DNA of 64,000 nucleotides from Blastocladiella emersonii ATCC 22665 (lineage: Eukaryota; Fungi; Blastocladiomycota), in assembly GCA_025594325.1 (NCBI GenBank), contig JANHCV010000005.1, forward strand, positions 1,426,001 through 1,490,000, given 5' to 3'. This document shows, piece after piece, positions 1 through 11,483 of this stretch (positions within the stretch are counted from its first letter, which is position 1; the number at the start of each line of letters is the position of its first letter). Under the pieces are notes generated by a model. That model made no database searches. It saw nothing but the letters and a program-made list of their open reading frames with translations, and was not told where the DNA came from. A program made the position numbers and the translations under genes.

Positions 1-2687
1 ACTTGTGGGCGAGCTGCAGCGAGTCCATGACGACCACCATCTTCTTGCCCTCGGCCACGCCGCCCGTGTCGCCGCGCGCCTGCGCCTGCTCGAGCTTGCC
101 CTTCCACACCTTGAGCAGGCCCTTGTACTCGTACCGGCGGTCGCGGAACTGCCGCACCGTGTCGATGTAGAAGGGGTTCTCGCGCTGGCACACGGTCGAC
201 GTCTTGACCACCACCTCGTTCTCGTGGATCTTCTTGTACACTTTCCGGGAGTAGTCGCCGAGCCGCTTGTTGAGCAGCTGCTCCTGCTGCGCCGCGGGCA
301 TCGAGAACCACGCCGGGTCCTGCTTGAGCTGGCCGAGCACCATGTGGTAGTCGCCGCGCGTCGCGGGGAAGTACTCGCCGCGCCACTTCCACTCGAGCGG
401 CCGCTGGCACCCGTTGGCCGGGTCGTTGTAGTCGCACGCGGCGCAGTCGGCCTCGTCGACCATGGCGTCGGGCTGCAGCCGGTTGGTCAGGATGATGTTC
501 GGGTACATGGCGGCGACGTCGAGGTGGTAGATGAGCGGCTTCTCGAGCCGGTTGGGCGTGGTGCGCAGCGCGTCGAGCGCCGCGAGGATCTGGTCGCGCA
601 CCTCGGCGAGGTTGGTCACCTCGCTCGCGGGGACGTTGTGCTCGACCTCGCACGTGAAGACGAGCGCGCGCTCGACGTCGGCCATGAGCTTGGCGACCGT
701 CTCCGGGTCGACCTTGAACTTGGTCGGGATGTCGGACCGGAACACGCCGGCCTCGAGGGCCTCGACGTGCCCGCCGACGTACGACTCGGACGTGAGCAGG
801 TGGCCGTTGTAGAACTGGCCCGTCACGTCGACGTGCTTGTTGGGCATGAGGACCTCGGCCTTGAACGCCTTGACCATGAGGAGCGACTCGCACAGGGTGC
901 CGGACCCCTTGCGCAGCACCTCGTCGGGGTTCATCGGGATGATGTTGCACAGCGAGAAGACGAACGGGTGCACGTACTTCATGTACAGGTAGTAGGTGGC
1001 GACCGCGTCCGAGACCGAGTACTGCGCGAGGACCTGCGGCTTCTCCTGTGCGTACTGCACCATGAGCTCCGGGTCGAGCTCGAGCGGGTTGTACCCGAGC
1101 TTGGCCGTCGTGACCGCCTTGAGGCCGTGCGACCCCGCGGGCAGGTACGAGTCGCGTTTCACCCACCGGAAGCAGTCCGAGTGGTGCGCGTACGACGACT
1201 TGTACTCGTCGTTCTCGTCCTTGAACCACCCGATCTCCTCGCGCATGTCGAGCCCGTGCGCTTTCGCGCGCGCCTCGACGAACGGCCAGTCGAAGAAGTC
1301 GCCGTTGTACGTCACGATGACGTGCGGCTGCACCTCGACAATGTGGTCGAAGAAACGCCGCAGCAGGTCAAACTCGTTGGCCTCGTTGAATACGACGAAC
1401 GGGCCCTCGAACTCGGGTTTCGGCGTGTACTCGAAGTCGTCAATGTCCTCGCTGACGATCTCGCGGTTGGTGATGAGGTAGCCCTATTCAATGAGCTCAG
1501 GTTAGCTCGTTTCGTCCTCGCCGAGTCCAAACGCGACGCGACGTACCTGGCCGTCAATGACGTACGAGATCATCATGACCTGGTCGTGCGCGGCGTCGGG
1601 GAACTTGAGCGGGAGCTTGGTGGTCTCGATATCGAAGGCGAGCACGACGGGGTCGGGCGGGAGGAGTTTGTCGGCCTGAACGTTGATCTCGGTCTTGCCG
1701 TTCTCGGTCGTCACCGTGTACCAGATCCCGACGCGCAGGTCGAGGTCGATGGCGACGCGCAGGTAGTACGGCACGTCGTACTCGCGCACGTCGAGGATGC
1801 ACGCGAGCGGGTCGGCGTTGCGCGCGGAACGCGAGGCGGACGACGACGCGGCGGCGGCGGGGCGGGCGGACGGCGCGCCGACCTGCACGTTCATGGTGGC
1901 CGCGTCGTACACGGCCACATCGGCGTCGCGCGGACGCTGCTTCTTGACGGCGGCCAGCATGTCCTTGCGCACGCGCAGCAGGTCCTGCACGTTGCGGAAC
2001 GAGAGCTTGAGGACCGTGCGCTTGAGGCCGAGGAGGTGGTTCGGCTACACGACACGCAAGGGATTCGGCGATGAGTGAGCGCCGCCGCGTCGGGAATTCT
2101 GAGCGCGCAGCGCGCACCATGTCGAGGTCCTCCTTCTCGCACCACGAGATGAGCTCGATCATGCGCTCGTACTTGCGCTTGAGGAACTCCTCGACGTCGG
2201 CCTCGGTGCCGGGCTTGCACATGAGGAGGAAGTAGGGCGAGTAGATGACGGTGCTCTTGAAGGTGCTGCCGTCGTCCTCGATGAAGTAGTAGTCGACGGC
2301 GGACCGGCCCGACGGCCACTCGTCGTCGCGGACGAGCGTCTACACACACGCCCGTCAGTCCCTGCAAGCAACCGCTCGTAAAGCCAAGCGTACCGGATGC
2401 ATATTCACCATCCAGCCCGACTTAGCCGGCCCGTCGTGCCGCGCAAACCCCATCTTCTCGTCCATGGCGTCCTTGGCCTCGATCTCCTGGAACCGCAGCT
2501 CGCTCTGCGCCACGAGCTCCATGCCGTTGTCGTCGACGTCGGGCGCGACGCCGCGCGAACCCTTGAAGTTGGTCCCGCCGGGCGGCCGCCGCGACGGGAA
2601 CCGCGAGTTGCCGCTATTCCGCGGCCCGGTCTGCGGGACGAGCCCGAAGGTGCCCTGCGGCTTGCTGCCGCCGTAAGGGGGCGGCAT
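1..2687 (-). CDS. POL2: DNA polymerase epsilon catalytic subunit A, 5' part (multi-exon; runs off the left edge)
   Basis: Spliced minus-strand exons give [25 protein letters not shown] (Exo I), [50 protein letters not shown] (motif A) and CAACDYN..C. ATG at 2687. Confidence 0.97.
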
Positions 2688-2850
2688 GGCGGGCGTGGTG
2701 TCGATGCGTTGCAGGGAGGCGGGTGAGTTGCGTTGCAAGGGGGGAAGAGAAGCGGCGATCGCAAGGGGGCGGGGGAGGGGAGGGGACGGTGGGACGTGTC
2801 GGCCAACCGTCACCTGACGGCCGTGAGACGGTCGCGTCTCGCACCACCGC

Positions 2851-2861
2851 GACGCGTCAAA
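2851..2861. promoter_or_regulatory. MCB-like element (GACGCGTCAAA) about 165 bp upstream of the POL2 ATG
   Basis: ACGCGT core matches the MBF/MCB consensus typical of G1/S replication genes, but CGCG words are frequent in this GC-rich DNA. Confidence 0.3.
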
Positions 2862-2995
2862 GTCCGGCAGGCTCACTTCGCAAGAGCTCGCGATTCGGAG
2901 AAGACGAGAGGGAGAGTCGTGACGCAAAAAGTGAGGACCCGAGGGCCGCCGTCTTATTCTTCCTCTTACAAAACTCATTCCCACACACCACTCAA

Positions 2996-5671
2996 TCAGT
3001 TGCAGTCGGCCGGCACCGTGAAATCCTCGACAATCGCCGCCGACGCGGGGTTCCCGACGGCGTTCGGCCCGAGCCCGCGCTTGGCGAACCCGCGCCACAC
3101 GGCGCACCGGTACACGCCGCCGCGAGTCAGCGCGGCCTCGGCCTGCAGGAACGCGTCGCGCGCCTCGAGGAAGCTCGGGTTGCACGGCTGGATCTTGAGC
3201 GCGTTGATCATGATCTGCATGAACAGCTCGTTGCCGCGCAGCGGCGTCGGCGACGGGCGCGGCGGCTGCGGGCGCGGCGGCTGCGGGCGCGGCGGCTGCG
3301 GGCGCGGCGGCTGCGGGCGCGGCGGCTGCGGGCGCGGGCCACGGCCGCGACCACGACCACGACCGCGACCGCGACCGCGACCGCCGCGCGAGCCGCCGCC
3401 ACTACCGCCGCTGGACGAGGTGCCCGACGCGGTGAGCGAGTCGTCCTCGCCGTCGTCGTGGTCAGCGCCGTCGTCCTCGGTCTCGGTCGCGGCCGTCGCC
3501 GCCGCGGCAGCAGCCGCGTCGTCGTCGGCGAGAGCGCGCGCGCCGCTCGCGAGCATCGCGTCGACGGCCTCGTCGCCGAGCGCCTCAGCGATCGCATCCG
3601 CCGCATCCACGAGCGACGCGACGCGGCCGTTGGCGTCGACAAGGGCGCGGAACCCGCGGGCCTCGACGAGGTTCCAGTACACCTCCCACAGCGCGCTAGC
3701 CCAAACCTCGCCGAGCTTGTGCACCTCCTGGTACGCGGCCGTGTTGATGACCTGGAAGGTCGTCGGGTTGGTGGTGGCCGAGACGGGGCCCGCGTTGTAC
3801 GGGTAGGTGCGCAGGCCGTTCGCGTTGTTGACGAGCCAGGTGCTGAGCGGGCGCGGCGTCGAGCGGACCTGCGCGGGTTTCGCGGTCACGGCCAGCGCCA
3901 TGGTGTCCGACCACCCCTCGCCGAGCCCCGCCGACTCGAGCGTGTTGAGGCAGTTGGCGTTGGCGGGGCCGCCCGTCAGCCGGTTCGACACGCCGTGGAA
4001 GAACTCGTGCGCGATGACGGCCGGGTCCAGGTCCGAGTCGCGCCGCGGCGTCGCCGTCGTGAACAGGCCCATGGACATGCGCGGGCTACGGGTGCGTGCG
4101 GATCGGGCCACGATGGTCAGTCATCTGCTCCATATACGGTCCGAGTTCAAGGGAAGAAAAACGTACGAGGTGCCATCGGGCGGCGTCGCCATGAACGCGT
4201 TGTTGGGCGCGGCCGCGTCCTGGGCCGTGGCGACGACGGGGTCGTACTGGAGCCCGCCGCGGCCGAGGTTGTTCTGCTGGAAGTTGCCCGACCGCTCGTC
4301 GAACCCGAACCGGTACGTCACGTCGTGCATGATGTTGTTCCAGAAGAAGAGGTTGGTCGTGGCCGCGTCGGCGTTGTTGTCGCCCGTCGCCGGGTCGATG
4401 GTGAGGTCGGGCCGCGCCGTGAACTGCAGCGCGGTGCCACCCTGCGCGCGGCGGCCGTTGCCCGGCCCGTCGCCCGCGCGGTCCTCCTCGGCGAGCACGT
4501 TGTTCCCGCGCGTGTCCGTGAACTTGGCGCCGGCGACGCCCTGGTCGTGCCACCCGAGCGGCGACGCCGTGCTCGCCGTCGACACGAAGCTGAGCGTCGT
4601 GATGCCCGCACCGTCAACGGGGCTGTCGGTCTGCGGCGGCACCACCGAGTACTGCGCGTCGGCCGACCAGTCGAAGATGGCCTCGACCGCGCCCGTCACG
4701 GCGTTGACGTGCGCGTTGTACCACGACGAGCCCGTGTCGACGACGAAATCGTAGACGAGCGCCAGCTCGCCCGCGTCCGTCTGCAGGTACGCGAACTTGG
4801 CGGGCACCGGCGACTTGGCGGCGGGCGCCGTGATCTCGAACGTGCACGCCGACGCGAGCGCGGCCTGCGGCTGGCCCGCGGCCTGCGCGGCAAACTCGGG
4901 CTCGGGCTCAGCGGTCCCAGCCTCGGCGGCAGCGGCCGCAGCGTCGGCGGGCGTGATCTCCTTGACGCCCGCGACGCTTGCGTCGATCCCGAGCGCCGCC
5001 GCGAGGGCGACGAACGCCGACTCGGGCGTGTGCGGCAGCTGCGCGCGGCCGGCGGGCGAGTCGAGGGCAGGCGGCGCCGACGGGCGAGCGCCGCGGAACA
5101 GGCGGTCGCCGTAGCTGATCACACGACCCGACGCATCGACGTTGACGTTGACGTCGGCGTTGACAATCTCGAGCCCGTGGACGACCTGGCGCAGGTGGAC
5201 GGCCGTGAGCACCGTGTCGTCGCCCGAGCCGGTGGTGCGGCCCGCGAGGTCGCACACGTCGGCGGGCGACGTGAGCAGGATGTCCTTGATACGCAGCTCC
5301 GACGCGGGGATGTCGAGCGTGTGCGCGGCGAGCGTGAGCGCGACGGCGGCCGGGTCGGTCGAGGTCCCGCCGCCCGCGGCGAGCGACGCGACCGTGGCGT
5401 CGACGGCCGTCACGAACTTGGCCGCCTTGACCGACGGCACGAGGCGGCGCGCGGGCGCCGGCGCACACGTCGCATCGGGAAGGGCCGCGGCCTTGGTGGC
5501 GGACGCAGCGGCGGGAGCAGCGCCGACGTCGGTGCCGGTGCCGCGCGGGACGAGCGGGATCACGCCGGCGCGCACGGGCGCCGACGCGAAGGCGGCGAGC
5601 AGGCCGAGGACCGCGAGCAGCGACAGCTTCTTCGACTTGGTGGTCGGGGTGGTGGTGGTGGAGCGGGTCAT
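2996..5671 (-). CDS. Secreted fungalysin metalloprotease (M36), copy 1; 2 exons, intron 4086-4166
   Basis: Signal peptide (KKLSLLAVLGLLAAFASAPVRA), FTP propeptide (HLRQVVHGLEIVNADVNVNV), NLFFWNNIMHD, HEFFH zinc motif, GLGEGWSD, QPCNPSFLEARDA. Intron GTACGT...TAG. Confidence 0.95.
3261..3335. repeat. Five perfect 15-bp tandem repeats encoding (PQPPR)5 inside fungalysin copy 1
   Basis: ggcggctgcgggcgc x5 read directly; adjacent to an RG-dipeptide run. Confidence 0.95.
3669..5332. repeat. Direct repeat of about 1.66 kb, apparently identical to 34373-36036 (offset 30704)
   Basis: The overlapping ORF translations in several frames and the intron are identical between the copies; the flanks diverge. 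Confidence 0.9.
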
Positions 5672-5795
5672 GACGTCTAGTCGTTGATGCGTAGTAGGGC
5701 GGGTAGGGGCGGGGGTGCGCGGGGGCGGGCAGGCTGCTCGGTGAGGGAGAGGCTGTTGAGCAAGTCGGCGATGGGGGCGGGCGGGCCGCGCGGAC

Positions 5796-5801
5796 TTTAT
5801 A
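5796..5801 (-). promoter_or_regulatory. TATA box (TATAAA) of fungalysin copy 1
   Basis: 125 bp upstream of the ATG; conserved in the same context upstream of copy 2 (36557-36562). Confidence 0.6.
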
Positions 5802-6606
5802 CTCGTGCCGACAACGGCGCGAGAGACTCTGCGGGCGACCGCCGTCGTGCGGAAGGCGCGGGCGCCGGGTCCAAGTCGGGCCGCACCGCGTCGAGTCCAA
5901 GAAGCGCGCCGTGTGCCGCTGACGCGGCTGCGGTGTGCTCGGGGCAACATCGTGGGAACATGGCAGCCGCGGTGATCCTCCACAGCGCCAAGGTCGCTGA
6001 TTCCAAATGGGCCGTCCGCGTCACGGTCGCCGACGTGCCCGAACAGCAGCGACGTGGGCGTCGACGATGCTTGGGAGCCGGGCGACGACGCATCGGTGCC
6101 CGGCGGCAATGCTTGGGTGTCAAGCGGCAGATCGTAGGCTCCAGGTGCGCGATTTCATTGCATCGAGTGGCCGTGGGAGCGGGGGTCGGTGCGGTGACAG
6201 TGCGATGGAGCGAAGGGTGGAGCGAAGGGCGGAACGAAGCGGCCAAGCCACCGGGCCGCACGCGTTGCCCCTTGTTCACGCCGCCACGTGCGTGTGACCG
6301 GCGCGTCCCGAGTCCCTCCCAAACTGAAGGTTAGCCTGCACCGCGTGGGATCCCGGCTTGCATCTTCGGTTGACGCGGTGCAGATCGAGATAGCACGCAA
6401 GGGGTCGCGGCCGGCCCGGAAGGCAGTGGAGTCAGGCATCACTGTCGACCAGCGTGGCAGGAGCGCTCTCGAGTTTGCGGTCCGTGCGCGAGTGGAGTGG
6501 CGGGGAGCACAGCCTTCCTAAAGTGTGTCAACGGGGAATCTGAGACCCTGGCTCGCCGTTCAAAGTCAGGACGTGCGATCGAACGAGAGCGTGGGACCCG
6601 ATCCCG

Positions 6607-7290
6607 ATGATTCTGGCTGTCTTCGGCACTTTGATCCGCATGAGCTCAGCGATGGTTCTCACGGCAGCAGCAGGGGTCGCGACCGTCAACAAGGCGACGA
6701 TGCTGCGGTTCGTGTTGTACCTGGTGCACAATCTAGCGGCGGGCGCTGGCGACGTCAGGGATCGTGGCGCGGCGAGGCTCGCCGAAGCGATGGTGGCGGT
6801 GCTCGAGCCGGCGCACGCGGTGCAGCGCGACGTGTTGCTGCAGACGGCGACGGCGACGCTGTTCGTGCGGCGGTTCCCCGTGGTGGCATCCCACGTGGCG
6901 GCGCAGCGACTCGCGACGGGCGGGACATGCGGCCTCGTCGTGGTGTGGGACCTGCGCACCGACACGACGCGCTTGCACGTCATTGACGCGGGACACGCGC
7001 AGCGTGCGTGTGTTGGCGGTCGCATTCACGCCCGACGGGCGCAGCGTCGTGAGCGCCGCGCGCGGGGATGCGGCGGGCCGCGGTCAAGGAGTGGTCCCTA
7101 CCTGCCGTCGCGGCTCATGTACCTCGTCGGCGCGGTCGCGGGCGGGAACTCGCTCAAGGCGGTCAAGGCGTTTGCGTACACGAGCCCGTCCGGCTCAAGC
7201 GCGGCGAGCGGGTGGATGGTGCAGCTCGCCGTGTCCGAGCACACGATCGAGTTGGCCGAGGGCGGCAGCCGCGTCCAATTCCAGATTTGA
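6607..7290 (+). pseudogene. WDR7: Frameshifted C-terminal fragment of a WDR7/WDR72 (Rabconnectin-3 beta-like) WD40 protein
   Basis: LFVRRFPVVASHVAAQRLATGGTCGLVVVWDLRT..LHVIDAGH, then LAVAFTPDGRSVVS and VKEWSL in other frames. No N-terminal exons are present. Confidence 0.65.
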
Positions 7291-7807
7291 GCGGCGATGA
7301 TGGATGGATTACGAATACATGGTTGTTGACCACGACTACCGGAGCAGTAGTCGCCGCTCTTTGAATCGATCGAGCGCAAATAGCAAGTGGGATGGAGTGA
7401 AAAGTGTCTCGCACCCGCCGCGTGACTGTGGCGCAAGCTGGGCGCAAGCCACTACGCGTCTTCACCTCGCGAATATCAAAGTGTCTCGCACTGAGTAGAC
7501 CATGTTGCTAGCTCAAACCGGTTCCCACCTCAGCGAAGCTAATCGATTACATGGGTGTGGATTGATCTGGGCAGGAGCCCTGTGGGGCTCCAAATCTCGG
7601 CGCGACAGCTGCTCGCGTGAAGCACACGAACCTTTCGAGAGGAATACCTCGACATGACCCAGAGGTCTCTTGAGTCGAACGGTGAAGGAGAGAGGGTTTT
7701 GCTGCATCATTAGCAGACTCTAAGCAGCGGGTGGAAGTGGGGCAAGCCAGTCAAGAGTGTGCATGCATGCATGCCCTCCGAGCGGAGCCTTGAACAACAG
7801 CGAGGCC

Positions 7808-7813
7808 TATAAA
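7808..7813 (+). promoter_or_regulatory. TATA box upstream of the orphan gene at 8000
   Basis: CCTATAAA about 190 bp before GCCACCATG. Confidence 0.45.
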
Positions 7814-7999
7814 TGCTCGAGCTCGCCCCGGTACCCTCCTCTCGCTCCCTAGACCTTGCATCGCCTTGGTTACCCGGTACTCTCAAGTTCGCCCTCAACG
7901 CAAGCTTCCCCGAGTACCCCTTGTACAGTCTCGTACAAGCTTCCCCGCACGACGAAACACACACACATTCGCGCCCGCGCACCTCGTACCACCGCCACC

Positions 8000-9280
8000 A
8001 TGTCGCTCCTCGCCAAGCTCTCCATGGTCTCGTCGTCGTTCCCGACCGGTACCCGCGCGCGCACGCAGGTGTTCTCTTCGTCGTCGTCTCGCACTGCTCC
8101 GATGGCGGCCCATGTTCCCTCCAAGAACTCGGCCGCTGCCTCCGTCGCAGTTGCACCAACTCGCCTCGTCTCGGCCAGCCATCCCGCCGTGGCCTGCAGC
8201 TCCTCGGCCGAGACTCGGTCGCCGCCGCAGCCGCTTCCGCTCGCTCTCGTCGGCAACCTCGCCGACTCGGGCGTCGTGGCTTCCACCCCGACAAGCTCGA
8301 CCGAGCGCATCCACTGCGCGTCGTCGTCGGGCCCAAAGACCACCACCAAGAACTCCAAGGCCGGCGCGCGCGTGCATTCGGCGGCCGCCGCGGTTCGCCA
8401 CGCGGCGCAGTCGGCCTCGTGTGCCGTTCGCCGCGCCGCCCTCGCCGTTCCCGCCGCCGGTTCCGGCGCCGCCACGCGACTCGGCCAGCTCTTCAGTCGC
8501 TGCTGCCGCCAGCAGCAGCAGGCTGCCCCGCTGACCGGCGTCGCCGCGGGCCTCGACTTCATGGCGCGCAACGGCGACCCGCTCGCGTGCCCGGGCGTCT
8601 GCGGTACACGCAGCACCCAAGTTTTCGACCTCATCCACGCGTACCAGCTCGGCTCGGCTCGCTTCGAGGACGACGTGGACGAGGAGCTGCCCCAGTGGGA
8701 GTACCAGACGCTGTGCCGCATCGAGCAGATCATGCCGGCCGTGCTCGTCGACTTCCTCGGCCCGCAGCTCGCCGACTTCCGCGCCAAGAAGGCGCTCTCG
8801 CCCGCGGCCATCCAGCAGCTTGCCGCCGAGATCCGCGAGCACTCGGACGTGCACCAGTACATTGTGTCCCGGTTCGAGCTCGGCGCGACCCAGGACATCA
8901 AGCAGGACCTGGCGCGCGACCCGGTCCTGCGGTCGGCGATCGCGGCGCTCGATGCCAAGCTCAAGCCGATGCTGCGCTTCAAGCAGCAGCAGCAGCCCAA
9001 GCAGAGGCAGCAGGCGCAGGGTGGCGGCGTGTCGTTCCGCACCAAGCAGCACGCGGCCGACTTTGGCGCGTACGTGCAGTACATGGGCCGCGTGCACGAC
9101 ACGGACATGCGGTTCGGCGTCAAGTCCGAGTCGGGCGCCGCGGCGCACTCTCTCGCGGCGCTGTCGGTGCTGCACCTCACGGGCACCGACGTGCACGACT
9201 CGCGCACCGACCAGCGCTTTGCCCGCGACGCGCCCATTGCGCTCTACTATCTCTTCGCGGTCAGCCGCCTTGCCTTTTAG
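8000..9280 (+). CDS. Intronless hypothetical protein (426 aa): S/A/T-rich N-terminus and a globular-looking C-terminal domain
   Basis: Kozak-like GCCACCATG, strong GC3 codon bias in this frame, upstream TATA; no family recognised. Confidence 0.7.
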   Translation: MSLLAKLSMVSSSFPTGTRARTQVFSSSSSRTAPMAAHVPSKNSAAASVAVAPTRLVSASHPAVACSSSAETRSPPQPLPLALVGNLADSGVVASTPTSSTERIHCASSSGPKTTTKNSKAGARVHSAAAAVRHAAQSASCAVRRAALAVPAAGSGAATRLGQLFSRCCRQQQQAAPLTGVAAGLDFMARNGDPLACPGVCGTRSTQVFDLIHAYQLGSARFEDDVDEELPQWEYQTLCRIEQIMPAVLVDFLGPQLADFRAKKALSPAAIQQLAAEIREHSDVHQYIVSRFELGATQDIKQDLARDPVLRSAIAALDAKLKPMLRFKQQQQPKQRQQAQGGGVSFRTKQHAADFGAYVQYMGRVHDTDMRFGVKSESGAAAHSLAALSVLHLTGTDVHDSRTDQRFARDAPIALYYLFAVSRLAF

Positions 9281-10089
9281 TTGGTTGGTTTCTTTCTGAT
9301 TTCGTTCGTGTTCATTTGTTCATTCTCTGATGTGCGTGGCGGCCTTCGCCCCCGCCTGTATATACCCTGTTCGTCCTTTTCTTCACACCCCACACGGTCT
9401 GCCATTGTTTGAGCTGCTGTTTCTCTGGGTCGCGTTTTCCCTCCAAGCTGTGAGAATCCGAGGTCCCTCTCTCTGAGAAGGAGATCGCGATCGCAATCGT
9501 CCAAGCGCGTTGTTCATCACACTCGGTCGCAAAGGAGAGGGTACAAGTGGGTTGTGGCGGACGGCTCGAGAAGCAGCACACCGAGGAGCAGCACATGGCG
9601 TGCAGCAGCAAGGCGCATGTCACCGTTGAAGACCGCGAGCCTCGATGTCAACGATCAAATGCGACGCGCCCCCGCTGACCCGCACCACCCTGAAGTGGCC
9701 GCCACGCTAGAGTAAGTTCATTTGCCGTGACTGATAACCCGCGGCTTACATGGAAGCTTCGCCACATCAGCGCACGGTCGCTTGGGATGCCAGTGCGGCG
9801 ACAAACTGACACGGACTGTGCATAGCCCACGACATCATAAGGATAGCCGTGTGCGTGTGGTACAGCAGACGTGTTAGACTTGGAAGAGCAACGGATCTAC
9901 GAGTTGCAGCAAGTCAAGTCTCAAATCCATTGACTTTCATCGTTTGTGTGCAGGCGACAAGGAGCAGGATCCGAGGGGGCGTGAGCGTCGCGCATCGCGC
10001 ATCGGTAAGTCTCACGAGTTTGGGCAAGTGTATGCGGGACGAGCTGGAATGTTCTAGCCGGCCGGGTGAGATACAACCCGGGAGACGCG

Positions 10090-11115
10090 TTACGAGTACA
10101 TAGACGCGAGGGACGAATAATTCCAGCGATCGAATAGCTCGCCGTGCTCACCAGCGTACCACGAAAGTGTGTCGACGACTAGTGCAGCTGAAAGTGTCGG
10201 GTCGCCGGCTGCGGACCCGATTTGAAGCCAGTAGTGGCAAGTCAACTCTCCAGCAAAACTGTGCTTGTCCAGTCCGTACTTGGGCGAGTCGAAAAGTGCA
10301 AGCACCTCGGGCCGCCACCATTTCAGCGCGACGAGTAAAAAATACTCAACGAAGGTCGGCCAAAGCTCGCAATTTTCGGGAACGTCAGCACCAAAATCAA
10401 ATTCCTCGTAGGGAACTCGATACGCGGCCGCATCGTTGACGTGGGCTCGCCAGTCCGAGTCTATGTTCACCCAGTGGTGAAGGCGCAGTTTGTGACAGCT
10501 GATGTGGGCATGTTGGAGCGTGTCGAGGACGGTGCGAACGTGGTCCACGCGGCCCTGTGCTGCAAACAAGATCGCGAGCTGGTGAAGAGTCAAGGACAGC
10601 CGAGGAAGCAATTCGAAGCTGTTACTGTAGCAATGCTGCTGGTCTGGATCCGGATTGTTGGGATCGCACCATTGCTCGCTGTGAACACCAAAAGGGGGGC
10701 TGGGCAGCACGGGCGCAAAGCGATGGCAGATCCGCTTGAGCGTCGCCGTGTCAAAGATATCGGGGCCCGGAAGCCAGCGGCGCTTGTCGCTTGTCCGAAT
10801 CGAAGCGGCAGCTTCCTCGCGTGCCACAAGATATGCAAGATAGGGCCCAAAGGGCATCGCATCGTGAACTTCATTGTGTTCGCGACCGTCGTCCGCGAAA
10901 GCGATGTGGCGCCAGCCGCAACGATCAGGTTGGAAGGCAAAGGTGTAGCGCCAAATCCACTGAGTCGTCGGGTCAGCCGCAACTGCCGCAATACCGGTCG
11001 TCGCGAGAAGGACATTCAGCCGAGGAAGAGCGAGTTGCAGCACCATGGCTACAATTTCGGCGGGAAGGTCCACGAAGTGCGCTGGTCGCATTGCATCAAG
11101 TTCATGAGCTTCCAT
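10090..11115 (-). CDS. F-box-like N-terminus hypothetical protein (intronless, lower GC)
   Basis: FVDLPAEIVAMVLQLAL resembles an F-box start; open frame of about 340 codons; AAQGRVDHVRTVLD resembles a degenerate ankyrin helix. Confidence 0.55.
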   Translation of the reverse strand: MEAHELDAMRPAHFVDLPAEIVAMVLQLALPRLNVLLATTGIAAVAADPTTQWIWRYTFAFQPDRCGWRHIAFADDGREHNEVHDAMPFGPYLAYLVAREEAAASIRTSDKRRWLPGPDIFDTATLKRICHRFAPVLPSPPFGVHSEQWCDPNNPDPDQQHCYSNSFELLPRLSLTLHQLAILFAAQGRVDHVRTVLDTLQHAHISCHKLRLHHWVNIDSDWRAHVNDAAAYRVPYEEFDFGADVPENCELWPTFVEYFLLVALKWWRPEVLALFDSPKYGLDKHSFAGELTCHYWLQIGSAAGDPTLSAALVVDTLSWYAGEHGELFDRWNYSSLASMYS

Positions 11116-11483
11116 TGCGTTTGGTTCTGTCGTTGTCGACGGGTGGAGGAGACGCGGCGACTCAAGCAAGCCTCGCTTCGCACGACGCCTCCTCGCCTCT
11201 GCAAGCCGGTCACGCGGCCGAGCTGCCACACTCCATGTGTGGCGCAGCGCGTCCTCCGCATGACTGGCCTGGCTCGCAAACTCACCAGCAGCTCACACAG
11301 GTCATACAAAAGCTGCCCGGCAACGCAGCGCACCGTCTGTCGCACTGACCGCGCATGGCGATACTTGGTGCTCGGGCAGCGCAACCAGTACTTTGTGAAC
11401 TGCGACGCTCAGGGCAAAGCGAGGAGCGACAACGTGTGTAACTAAGAAAGGTAAATATATTCTCAGACACGTCGAACAGGGTC

